Assembly (NCBI GenBank): GCA_004764695.1
Contig: SMSO01000019.1
Coordinates: 1-64,000 of the forward strand
DNA from: Schizochytrium sp. TIO01
Lineage: Eukaryota > Protista > Bigyra: Labyrinthulomycetes
Length of the DNA: 64,000 bases
Reading direction: 5' to 3'
How positions within the stretch are numbered: position 1 is the first letter of the stretch; each line of letters starts with the position of its first letter. Below, piece by piece: positions 47,346-60,551 of the stretch. The position numbers were made by a program, and so were the translations under genes. Below the pieces are notes generated by a model. The model searched no databases. It was not told where the DNA came from and worked only from the letters and a program-made list of their open reading frames with translations.

Positions 47346-50300
47346 GACTAAGTTAGTCGAACTCTGGCATTTATACTCCAGAGCTCTATTTCATTCTTTT
47401 TATATAAAAAGTAACAACGCAGCAAGTAGCTTTCCTTCGAGTGTCTCTGGCCTCTGCCATGAAGACAAAAGCTTCCTTGCAGGCTTTCTGCTACGAAGTG
47501 TTTTATCTGTCTTTGTTGAAATACAAGCTGATGCTGAGCAACAGTAAAGTAAGTAAACAGCAAGTCTGCTCTTTTTTCGACAAAACAGAAACATGTGCCA
47601 CAGGCTAACTTTATCAACAAGTGATGAAACTCTGCTTTTGATTGACACTATTGAGAAGGAGAAACTGACACATTACTACGTCATGACTTCGTAAGGCTCA
47701 AAGGAAGACCTTCTTGACCAGACCATGGTGAAGCGTCAGTCAACATAGTGATGCGTCTATGTCAGGGAACGAAGGGGACGAAGCAAGCCTGAAAATGAGT
47801 TTGCAAGGCAATCCGACAAGATTAGCAAAAACCTGTAGGTCCTCTACTCTCTTGGTTGACCTTTCGAGCAATCGATTATTTATTCTGTGAATATTACAAA
47901 TCTTGAGTGCATGATTAAGAAATGCCTCATGTTTCTTTCCCAAGCACGAAATTATCTGACATGATTGAAAATTTCCAAAGCTGTCTTGTATAGGCTATTG
48001 GATATAAGTAGTTGCTTTAGTCTAGTTTGCATAGTTTTAAGTAAATACATTTAGAAAAAAAGAAGAATTTCTACACTGTTTTTTGTTGTGGTATTTCAGT
48101 TCTGTGCTAGAAGGAAAGGTGACACTTGTTCACTTAAATGATTTCCTTTGCGTGTCCGAATCTCGCCGATATAGTTTGACTCTCTCCTACTAATCATTCT
48201 TCCTTTCACAGATGCAAGAAACACTCTACGTTCATGATTCATTCAAGCAGCTGTGTATCTCCTGGAAAACCACAACAAGCTAACTCCCCATGCTGGATAC
48301 AAGAAAGAAAGTTACTGGGTGCTACTATTCCTAATGGTTAACCACCTATTTATAATATCTAGTGTTGCAAAGTTGAATGTGATGAGAAGTGCGTATAAAA
48401 ACTTATGAAGGGACTACCCAAGCACGGTTGCGCGCATTCTGTTTGGCTGTGTACTCACATGTGTCTCAGCTGCTTTGAAACTCACTCGAACAACAACCTT
48501 AATATTTGTTTGAAGAACAACACAATCTCAGTGGGCGCACAACACTACACCATCACAGCGATCTCATGGGAGATGCAAACCACTTAACACTTTCATTAAC
48601 ACTATCAGCATATGTAGCTTCAGTACACGTGTTCTCCTCTTAAAGGTGTATTGCAAGTATGCGTGAGGCGATCACCAAGAGATAGCGTAGGAAAAGAAAA
48701 GTTAGAATTAATATTCAGGAACTGCTGGCAAGGCCCATTGTCAAAGTCTATGGGCTTTGGACTTGTGTTCGGCACCTTGAGATGATCCGTCCGACACATA
48801 GCTGTAAAACTTCGATAAGGCATTAGTATGTAAAGCCAATAGTTTCTTTCAACGGATGAATCATAATGTAGTAATGTTCAAATTCATCATTGTAGAATAT
48901 GTCTTGGAACACTGCTAAAGCTTATCGTGTGGGATTCTATTAAGTCAAGTAGCCAGATTAAAATATGCAGTTCGTGGGGCGCAGCAAAATTTAAAAGCTC
49001 TGTGCTGAGATTACCAATCAAAGAGTTTTGTGGAGAAGAGTCATTGTCACACTATTAAAAGTCCTCGTAGTCTAGGACTTATAAGAATATGACTATCAAA
49101 TACGAAGGAGTGAGACCAAGGAAACTCATAAGTGAATATGAAATACACAACCAAAGAATTATGTTGAACAAACGAGCTAGCCTAACCCCTTGAGCTCTGA
49201 GTTTTAACAGTCTTAGTCTCCTACTCAGGGTATGAACTGTTCCACCTGTTAAAGATTTTTACGCAGCAGCAGCGGATCATTTACTAGGACAGTAAATCCT
49301 TGAATGCACAAAACTCTTGAAGTTTTGGTGCTGAATGTTCATCTCCAAGGTTTTCAATCGCGAACTGTGTACGCCGAAGCATAAAAAGATGCCGCCATCT
49401 TCCTATGTAACCTCTGGCTGCTTAGAGCACATCTTTTAATAGCGATTGTGCATTTACTTTGTAGCTTCTGTGGTATCCACAATTCTGTCATTGTCTCGCA
49501 ATCTCAGATTGATGGAGTAAACTAATTCCCTTATCACTCTGTGTGTTCTTGCAATGCTCTCTTCTATAAAAACTTTGAAGAACAACTTAAAGAGCCGACC
49601 AGAAACGCAATGTTTTGCCTTTGGAGGTTCGTTGAGTCAACTTTGTTCTGAGAGCTTAAGATGTGGAAATTTAATGGTTTTCTTGAGAAGAGTCCATGCT
49701 TCGAATAGTAAATCTGGATACATGGCATATCAAGATTAAAGAGTTTCGAGGATTAAATAACTGATGGTTTCCTTCTAGCTTTCAAAAGTTGTCTGGAGTG
49801 CAAAGGCTTGTGTTCAGAGTCTGATCTCTACGATTGACTTATTGTGAAATAGTAAATTGTTACTAAGAAAGAATCAATCTCCCTATTACTCAGGTCGTCA
49901 TAGGTCCGGAGAAAGGGTTACGTCTGTAATACTACTTTTGCTCCTGCCTTTGATGGCGTTCTTATGCAAATTGGAAAAGCCCAGCACCTCGCAACCGAGA
50001 GGAAATCGTCACCTTAAGGGTTTCAGTGCCGTTAGAAGAACTGCATTTTGGCTTTGATGAAAAAATAAATAAAAAGTTGCTTTCCGAAATGGGAACTATT
50101 GAGAACTGCCAAATAGAGATGAATCAAAAAAGTATTTTTGAGTTTGTTTTGCGACGATTTGGCTTAAACCTAGAGCTTCTGATACCTTGCGGTGTTGCTG
50201 AATGAATTATCGAAGGAACGGAGGGAGTAAAACAAAGTAAGAATTAGCATCTAATAATAAAGTAAATATGCTCCTCAAACTGGAAAAATAAAGTTAAGAA

Positions 50301-50529
50301 AGCATATATATCATCAGTGAAATGTTCACGAGTTATTACTTTGTTCTGATTTATGTTTAATTTATGTTAAGTTTTAGTACTTTCCCCCACGAAGAACCTT
50401 GCATGAATACACATTATAAATGTTGATCCTGTTGGCAGACGTCGGTGCTGTCTGGAGGAGAGCAGTTACTTTCTTGCCTTCTAGTCAACAGCGCTTACGA
50501 AAAAGATAATCATTAAAAATTCGATTAGT

Positions 50530-53218
50530 TTATTCCAATCTGAAGTTTGCGCCAACAATATCTGGTGTTAGCAAAGGCGACAATAACTCTTTCAGAACGA
50601 GTCGAAGATTTCTATCCTGAATTTGTGCATTCCAGTACTCACGCAGACGTTCAGCGCGGAGCAACTGCCACGCCTCACGAACCTGCTCAAAAGAATCAGC
50701 AAAAAATGGATCTTCCCCAAGTCTTCTTGAACAGGTTCTCACATGATCATGACAAGCATCTTCATCATGAGAACTGTAGCCAAGACACCAAGCGCAGAAG
50801 TGATGACCACAAGTCTCATTACCACACTCTACAGCACAGCAACCGTCAAAATCGTGTACATATGCCTTACAGTTCGGACAACTCGTGCTCAAGATCTTCT
50901 CTTGAATATGGAGTAAATGAAGCCGTGCGTCGCGATTCTGTTCATCAGCACGTAAAACTTGTGCTATGCGCCTTTGGATCTCCTTCTCCGCCCAAACTGC
51001 TGCTTCATTTTCTGCCTTCATCTTCGCAATCAACAATAGGTGATTCAAAGCAGTTGGTGCAAGACGGGTGATTTCTTGACCTGATATCCTTCCACCACAT
51101 TCAGGTTTCATGCATGCCATCGTTCCATCAGCATCCACTCTTACGTTAGCAAGTGGCCGTGCCGCCGCTTCTACTGAAGATTCGATACAGTCTCTGCAAA
51201 GGAAGTCTCCCTCCTCGCAGCTCGTGCCCTCGGAAAGCAGATGCTCCTCCATACATACTAGACATATCTTGAGAGGGATCTTAGGAGCTCCAAAAGCTTC
51301 ATGTTGGAGGGCTTGGTGAGCGGTTGGACGCTGGCCAGGGTCTGTTGCTGTAAGAGCATCGATAAGTTTCTGCATTGCAGCGGTTCGCTCAGTAGGATAC
51401 AGCTCCTTTAAGCTGATGCCCACAGAGTACATATCCATCGCTGTTTCAAACCTATCTACAGGCCCATTCTGCAGCTCGGGGCAAATGTACCGTGGCGTTG
51501 CCTGGAGTGATGTGTAAGTTGCAGTGTAGTCCGCAACCTTGATGCCGTCAAAGTCGCCGATCAATGGTGTCCCGTTGCTTGTGAGAAAAATGTTTTCTGG
51601 TTTGATGTCACAATGCACAATGCCGTGGGTATGCAAATCCGCCACACCGATAAGCAGGCCCATAGCAAGTCGGTCGCGCGCTGCTTTGCCTTCGTTAGGG
51701 TGACTCTCAATCCACTTGGCAAGGTCACCTTGCTCGTAGAAAGGCATGACAATACAACCACGCGGTTCTCCATTAGAGGTATCCACAAAAGCGCCAGTGA
51801 TACGTATCACGTGCTGAGACACTACGTTTCCCATATTTGCAGCTTGCCTGTAGAATATTTTGTGTTGGCTCGAATGGCCGAGTTGAAATTGTTTCAAAAC
51901 CATAGTTTTACCAGCGTTGTCAAGAACCTTTTGTACTCTCTTGCCACCTCTGGAAGCAAGGGGCTCGCCGACAGGCTTGAAGTCCGCGACTGTGACATTC
52001 GTCAACCAAAGGTCAGAACATGCTACTTCAAAAACACCCTCTGCACTTACATGAAGCCTTTCCAGCCAGGCTCTATCTTGCAGCAACTCTGGATAATGTT
52101 CCTGCGCGTGTTGCAGAGTCTCAGCAAGCTTATGACGAAAAGCTTTGCTAAGGTTGATAGGGTTGCCTTGAGAGAGAATGAGCTCTTGTTTCGTGATTCG
52201 ATTTCTAAAATATGCTCGCTCTTCCTCATCCAAGTCCTCAGCTACTAGTTCCGCTTCGGCACTTTTTAATCTTTCTGTTGCTGTCCTCGCCTTGTCAAGT
52301 TTCTGGTATAATGCCTCAACATCTAAGAAATTTGGTTCTTTCAAACCCAATACTGCATAGTCATACAGACTAGAGAGCTCTTTTGGTGTGTAATTGCTCG
52401 CGTCATTCAACGCAGCACTTTCAGAGTATCCTTCAAATCGAGCAAAGGTTGAACTTATCGCGCAAAGTATTTCGCACAATTGGGTACGAAGTGTATCTCC
52501 TTGTAGAACATCAATCTCTTCCTTGAGAGCACTCTCAAGTTCAGACAACTCGGGTTCTAGCTCCATGGCCTGCTCAGGTGTCCTCAGGGCAACCGATAAT
52601 CCATCACCAAGTCCTAGCTCAGACAATCGAGAGATGACGCGCTTTACAGCTTGTTGGCTTCGTTCACCAATGTTGTTGGGATGACCTTCTCCACTCCTCT
52701 TGTACCCTTCCACGCATTGGACAGCCTGAATAGCGAGTTCGTGGCAGTGTTTGAAGTCATCTGTGCTGGTCTCTTCATCGACTGGTGCAAGGTTGATCTT
52801 TAGATCGTTTACCAAACTTTTGACTCTCACTTTGAATTCTCGCATTGCACTCTCATCACTTTCGCAAAGGTTGGCGCGAACCCATGGGTACACGACCTGC
52901 AAAAGTGAATGCAGGTGTCTCCGTTCGGTGTTCCGCTTTTGGATGAGGCTGGGCAAGCCATTTGTAGAGCTTGCACGAATCTGGTCTTGTAGAGCGTCAA
53001 GACTCTCTTTGGAGGTCTTGATGTCAGCGAAAACCTGTCGCAACTTCACTTGGCCAAAGTAGCCCTGAATCGCCGGTCGAACGAATTCCTCAAGCAGGGC
53101 AATCCCAGTCTGCAGGGAGTTTCCTCTGACCCCACCTCGGTCCGCGCGCAAGTCCGAGACTTTCTTGGCAAGCTGCACCACATCAGCGAAACTCACGCTC
53201 GCTCCATCCGGCCGTTCT
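50530..53218 (-). CDS. Terminal exon of gene B: helical region, kinase, RING1, Rcat/IBR-like domain
   Basis: MVLK, HCDIKPEN, DFDG, YICPE, DMYSVG; CLVC..CRDC..CMKPEC; CPNC..DGCCAVEC....CGHHFCAWC. Same 2689-nt length as in gene A. Confidence 0.9.
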
Positions 53219-56200
53219 CTGAGGCGAACAAGAAGACGTAAGCAAACGAGCAAAATGGTGTTGAACCAGTAATAAAGGCAAAAGCAAAAGTTAGGATACC
53301 CTCTATCTCAACAACACAATTCGTGGAATGAATAATTACACGATCCCAAACAAAGACTGACCGCATGAACTTACCCAGATCCACCCAAAGTAGCAGGCCC
53401 GGCGCCCTCAACGCGATCTTGCTCGTTCTTGGGCTCTGCAGAAGGCTCGCTTTCTGCAGCCTCTATGGAAGCATGGGAATCGAGCTCTGACGAGAAATCT
53501 GCAATGTCCTCTCCAGGAGAACACACCCTGTCGAACAATTCTTTAGGACTTCCAGAAAAATTGTCATAGCTGCATTTGTAAACGAATGAATGAAAGAAAG
53601 ATCATGAAAGAGCTTGTTAGAAAAACGATGAACGCATCTAATGACGGCCTCGGAAGTCCATATGGAGAGATGGAGAGAACCAGCGAAGGCAAGGCTCTGC
53701 GCAAGCTGGGGATAGCAGCAGAGGGAACGGAACTTACCAGATTTGAACAGAAGGACATGCTTTGTGCAGAGACTTTGCGACGGCCTTTGCGCCCTCATCG
53801 CCAATGTTGTTGTTATTAAGACTGTGAGTAGTATAAATGAATAAGTTTGTTTTGTTCACTCGTTGTCAGGAAAGACAGCTCCAGTCAGTTGATCCTGTTT
53901 TGTTTTGTTTTTCCTCGCAATAAAAAGCAATCACCTCTTCTTCTTCTGCTGCTGCTGCCTATCAAATTATATAGATTTCCTTCTTCTCTTTGTAAAAAAG
54001 AAAAGACTTCTTTGCTTTTCTTTGCGTACCCAACTACGTAAACTACTTAGGTAGTGTACCAGCAGTACTACAAACACCAAGCATTAAGAAGAAAGAAAGA
54101 AAAAGCTTGGTCCTGCCTATTACGATAGCTTTCCCTCGTGGATGATTCCACAAACGTACCCAAGTTGAGACAGGTTCTTGCATCCCTCCAGTGCCTTTGC
54201 GACGGCCTTTGCGCCCTCCGAGCCAATGTTGTTCTCAGAAAGACTGTGAGTAGTATAAATGAATAAGTTTGTTTTGTTCATTCGTTGTCAGGAAAGACAG
54301 CTCCAGTCAGTTGATCTTGTTCTGTTTTGTTTTTACTCACAATAAAAAGCAATCAGCTCTTCTTCATCTTCTTCTGCTGCTGCTGCTGCCTATCAAATTA
54401 TATAGATTTCCTTCTTCTCTTTGTAAAATAGAAAAGACTTCTTTGCCTTTCTTTGCGTACCCAACTACGTAAACTACTTAGGTAGTGTACCAGCAGAACT
54501 ACAAACACCAAGCACTCAAAAGAAAGAAAGAAGAAGCTTGGTCCTGACTATTACGATAGCTTTCCCTCGTGGATGATTCAACAAACGTACATCAGATAAG
54601 TCAGGTTCTTGCATCCCTCGAGTACCTTTGCGACGGCCTTTGCGCCCTCCGAGCCAATGTTGTTGTTGTTAAGACTGTGAGTAGTATAAATGAATAAGTT
54701 TGTTTTGTTCATTCGTTGTCAGGAAAGACAGCTCCAGTCAGTTGATCATGTTTTGTTTTGTTTTTCCTCATAATAAAAAGCAATCACCTCTTCTTCTTCT
54801 GCTGCTGCTGCCTATCAAATTATATAGATTTCCTTCTTCTCTTTGTAAAAAAGAAAATACTTCTTTGCCTTTCTTTGCGTACCCAACTACGTAAACTACT
54901 TAGGTAGTGTACCAGCAGTACTACAAACACCAAGCATTAAGAAGAAAGAAAGAAAAAGCTTGGTCCTGCCTATTACGATAGCTTTCCCTCGTGGATGATT
55001 CCACAAACGTACCCAAGTTGAGACAGGTTCTTGCATCCCTCGAGTGCCTTTGCGACGGCCTTTGCGCCCTCATCGCCAATGTTGTTGTTATTAAGACTGT
55101 GAGTAGTATAAATGAATAAGTTTGTTTTGTTCATTCGTTGTCAGGAAAGACAGCTCCAGTCAGTTGATCCTGTTTTGTTTTGTTTTTCCTCACAATAAAA
55201 AGCAATCACCTCTTCTTCTTCTGCTGCTGCTGCCTATCAAATTATATAGATTTCCTTCTTCTCTTTGTAAAAAAGAAAAGACTTCACTGCCTTTCTTTGC
55301 GTACCCAACTACGTAAACTACTTAGGTAGTGTACCAGCAGTACTACAAACACCAAGCACTAAAAAGAAAGAAAGAAAAAGCTTGGTCCTGACTATTACGA
55401 TAGCTTTCCCTCGTGGATGATTCCACAAACGTACTGTACTCGTTCAAGGTTCTTGCATCCCTCGAGTGCCTTTGCGACGGCCTTTGCGCCCTCATCGCCA
55501 ATGTTGTTGTTGTTAAGACTGTGAGTAGTATAAATGAATAAGTTTGTTTTGTTCATTCGTTGTCAGGAAAGACAGCTCCAGTCAGTTGATCCTGTTTTGT
55601 TTTGTTTTTCCTCACAATAAAAAGCAATCAGCTCTTCTTCATCTTCTGCTGCTGCTGCTGCCTATCAAATTATATAGATTTCCTTCTTCATTTTGTAAAA
55701 TAGAAAAGCCTTCTTTGCCTTTCTTTGCGTACCCAACTACGTAAAGTACTTAGGTAGTGTACCAGCAGAACTACAAACACCAAGCACTCAAAAGAAAGAA
55801 AGAAAAAGCTTGGTCCTGCCTATTACGATAGCTTTCCCTCGTGGATAATTCCACAAACGTACATCAGATAAGTCAGGTTCTTGCATCCCTCGAGTGCCTT
55901 TGCGACGGCCTTTGCGCCCTCCGAGCCAATGTTGTTGTTATTAAGACTGTGAGTAGTATAAATGAATAAGTTTGTTTTGTTCATTCGTTGTCAGGAAAGA
56001 CAGCTCCAGTCAGTTGATCCTGTTTTGTTTTGTTTTTCCTCACAATAAAAAGCAATCACCTCTTCTTCTTCTGCTGCTGCTGCCTATCAAATTATATAGA
56101 TTTCCTTCTTCTCTTTGTAAAAAAGAAAAGACTTCTTTGCCTTTCTTTGCGTACCCAACTACGTAAACTACTTAGGTAGTGTACCAGCAGAACTACAAAC

Positions 56201-59200
56201 ACCAAGCACTAAAAAGAAAGAAAGAAGAAGCTTGGTCCTGACTATTACGATAGCTTTCCCTCGTGGATGATTCCACAAACGTACCCAAGTTGAGACAGGT
56301 TCTTGCATCCCTCGAGTGCCTTTGCGACGGCCTTTGCGCCCTCATCGCCAATATTGTTGTTATTAAGACTGTGAGTATAAATGAATAAGTTTGTTTTGTT
56401 CATTCGTTGTTGTCAGGAAAGACAGGTCCAGTCAGTTGATCCTGTTTTGTTTTGTTTTTTCTCACAATAAAAAGCAATCAGCTCTTCTTCATCTTCTTCT
56501 GCTGCTGCTGCTGCCTATCAAATTATATAGATTTCCTTCTTCTCTTTGTAAAATAGAAAAGACTTCTTTGCCTTTCTTTGCGTACCCAACTACGTAAATT
56601 ACTTATGTAGTGTACCAGCAGTACTACAAACACCAAGCACTCAAAAGAAAGAAAGAAAAAGCTTGGTCCTGCCTATTACGATAGCTTTCCCTCGTGGATG
56701 ATTCCACAAACGTACTCTAAAGTTTGAAGGTTCTTGCATCCCTCGAGTGCCTTTGCGACGGCCTTTGCGCCCTCCGAGCCAATGTTGTTCTCAGAAAGAC
56801 TGTGAGTAGTATAAATGAATAAGTTTGTTTTGTTCATTCGTTGTCAGGAAAGACAGCTCCAGTCAGTTGATCTTGTTCTGTTTTGTTTTTACTCACAATA
56901 AAAAGCAATCAGCTCTTCTTCATCTTCTTCTGCTGCTGCTGCTGCCTATCAAATTATATAGATTGCTTTCTTCTCTTTGTAAAAAGGAAAAGACTTCTTT
57001 GCCTTTCTTTGCGTACCCAACTACGTAAACTACTTAGGTAGTATACCAGCAGTACTACAAACACCAAGCACTCAAAAGAAAGAAAGAAAAAGCTTGGTCC
57101 TGACTATTACGATAGCTTTCCCTCGTGGATGATTCCACAAACGTACGTCAATTGTTGAAGGTTCTTGCATCCCTCGAGTGCCTTTGCGACGGCCTTTGCG
57201 CCCTCATCGCCAATGTTGTTGTTGTCAAGACTGTGAGTGGTATAAATGAATAAGTTTGTTTTGTTCATTCGTTGTCAGGAAAGACAGCTCCAGTCAGTTG
57301 ATCCTGTTTTGCTTTGTTTTTCCTCACAATAAAAAGCAATCAGCTCTTCTTCATCTTCTGCTGCTGCTGCTGCCTATCAAATTATATAGATTTCCTTCTC
57401 TTTGTAAAAAAGAAAAGACTCCTTTGCCTTTCTTTGCGTACCCAACTACGTAAACTACTTATGTAGTGTACCAGCAGCACTACAAACACCAAGCACTCAA
57501 AAGAAAGAAAGAAAAAGCTTGGTCCTGACTATTACGATAGCTTTCCCTCGTGGATAACTCCACAAACGTACATCAGATAAGTCAGGTTCTTGCATCCCTC
57601 GAGTGTCTTTGCGACGGCCTTTGCGCCCTCATCGCCAATGTTGTTGCTACGAAGACTGTGAGTTTAAATGAATAAGTTTGTTTTGTTCATTCGTTGTCAG
57701 GAAAGACAGGTCCAGTCAGTTGATCTTGTTCTGTTTTGTTTTTACTCACAATAAAAAGCAATCACCTCTTCTTCTTCTGCTGCTTGTGCCTATCAAATTA
57801 TATAGATTTCCTTCTTCTCTTTGTAAAAAAGAAAAGACTTCTTTGGCTTTCTTTGCGTACCCAACTACATAAACTACTTAGGTAGTGTACCAGCAGCACT
57901 ACAAAACACCAAGCACTCAAAAGAAAGAAAGAAAAAGCTTGGTCCTGCCTATTACGATAGCTTTCCCTCGTGGATAACTCCACAAACGTACATCAGATAA
58001 GTCAGGTTCTTGCATCCCTCGAGTGCCTTTGCGACGGCCTTTGCGCCCACATCGCCAATGTTGTTATACTGAAGACTGTAAGTAGTATAAATGAATAAGT
58101 TTGTTTTGTTCATTTGTCGTTAGGAAAGACAGGTCCAGTCAGTTGATCCTGTTTTGTTTTGTTTTTCCTCATAATAAGAAGCAATCAGCTCTTCGTCTTC
58201 TGCTGCTGCTGCTGCCTATCAAATTAAATAGATTTCCTTCTTCTCTTTGTAAAAAAGAAAAGACTTCTTTGCCTTTCTTTGCGTACCCAACTACGTAAAC
58301 TACTTAGGTAGTGTACCAGCAGAACTACAAACACCAAGCACTCAAAAGAAAGAAAGAAAAAGCTTGGTCCTGCCTATACGATAGCTTTCCCTCGTGGATG
58401 ATTCCACAAACGTACATCAGATAAGTCAGGTTCTTGCATCCCTCGAGTGCCTTTGCGACGGCCTTTGCGCCCTCCGAGCCAATGTTGTTGCGAGAAAGAC
58501 TGTGAGTATGAATGAATAAGTTTGTTTTGTTCATTCGTTGTCAGGAAAGACAGGTCCAGTCAGTTGATCCTGTTTTGTTTTGTTTTTCCTCACAATAAAA
58601 AGCAATCAGCTCTTCTGCTTCTGCTGCTGCTGCTGCTGCCTATCAAATTATATAGATTTCCTTCTTCTCTTTGTAAAAAAGAAAAGACTTCTTTGCCTTT
58701 CTTTGCGTACCCAACTACGTAAACTACTTAGGTAGTGTACCAGCAGTACTACAAACACCAAGCACTAGAAAGAAAGAAAGAAAGAAAAAGCTTGGTCCTG
58801 ACTATTACGATAGCTTTCCCTCGTGGATAACTCCACAAACGTACATCACATAGGTCAGGTTCTTGCATCCCTCGAGTGCCTTTGCGACGGCCTTTGCGCC
58901 CTCATCGCCAATGTTGTTTTGAGAAAGACTGTGAGTATAAATGAATAAGTTTGTTTTGTTCATTCGTTGTCAGGAAAGACAGGTCCAGTCAGTTGATCCT
59001 GTTTTGTTTTGTTTTTCCTCACAATAAAAAGCAATCAGCTCTTCTTCATCTTCTGCTGCTGCTGCTACCTATCAAATTATATAGATTTCCTTCTTCTCTT
59101 TGTAAAAAAGAAAAGACTTCTTTGCCTTTCTTTGCGTACCCAACTACATAAACTACTTAGGTAGTGTACCAGCAGTACTACAAACACCAAGCATTAAGAA

Positions 59201-59625
59201 GAAAGAAAGAAAAAGCTTGGTCCTGCCTATTACGATAGCTTTCCCTCGTGGATGATTCCACAAACGTACGACAAAGTTTGAAGGTTCTTGCATCCCTCGA
59301 GTGCCTTTGCGACGGCCTTTGCGCCCTCCGAGCCAATGTTGTTGCTGTTAAGACTGTGAGTAGTAATGAATAAGTTTGTTTTGTTCATTCGTTGTCAGGA
59401 AAGACAGGTCCAGTCAGTTGATCCTGTTCTGTTATGTTTTCCCTCACAATAAAAAGCAATCAGCTCTTCTTCATCTTCTGCTGCTGCTGCTGCTGCCTTT
59501 CAAATTATATAGATTTCCTTCTTTTCTCTTTGTAAAAAAGAAAAGACTTCTTTGCCTTTCTTTGCGTACCCAACTACGTAAACTACTTAGGTAGTGTACC
59601 AGCAGTACTACAAACACCAAGCACT

Positions 59626-59656
<31 letters not shown>

Positions 59657-59917
59657 AAAAGCTTGGTCCTGACTATTACGATAGCTTTCCCTCGTGGATG
59701 ATTCCACAAACGTACCCAAGTTGAGACAGGTTCTTGCATCCCTCGAGTGCCTTTGCGACGGCCTTTGCGCCCTCATCGCCAATGTTGTTGTTGTTGTCAA
59801 GACTGAGTATAAATGAATAAGTTTGTTTTGTTCATTCGTTGTCAGGAAAGACAGGTCCAGTCAGTTGATCTTGTTCTGTTTTGTTTTTCCTCACAATAAA
59901 AAGCAATCAGCTCTTCT

Positions 59918-59953
<36 letters not shown>

Positions 59954-60512
59954 TATCAAATTATATAGATTTCCTTCTTCTCTTTGTAAAAAAGAAAAGA
60001 CTTCTTTGCCTTTCTTTGCGTACCCAACTACGTAAAGTACTTAGGTAGTGTACCAGCAGAACTACAAACACCAAGCACTAAAAAGAAAGAAAGAAAAAGC
60101 TTGGTCCTGCCTATTACGATAGCTTTCCCTCGTGGATGATTCCACAAACGTACGACAAAGTTTGAAGGTTCTTGCATCCCTCGAGTGCCTTTGCGACGGC
60201 CTTTGCGCCCTCCGAGCCAATGTTGTTGTTGTCAAGACTGTGAGTGGTATAAATGAATAAGTTTGTTTTGTTCATTCGTTGTCAGGAAAGACAGGTCCAG
60301 TCAGTTGATCTTGTTCTGTTTTGTTTTCCCTCACAATAAAAAGCAATCAGCTCTTCTTCATCTTCTTCTGCTGCTGCTGCTGCCTATCAAATTATATAGA
60401 TTTCTTTCTTTTCTCTTTGTAAAAAAGAAAAGACTTCTTTGCCTTTCTTTGCGTACCCAACTACGTAAACTACTTAGGTAGTGTACCAGCAGTACTACAA
60501 ACACCAAGCACT

Positions 60513-60551
<39 letters not shown>

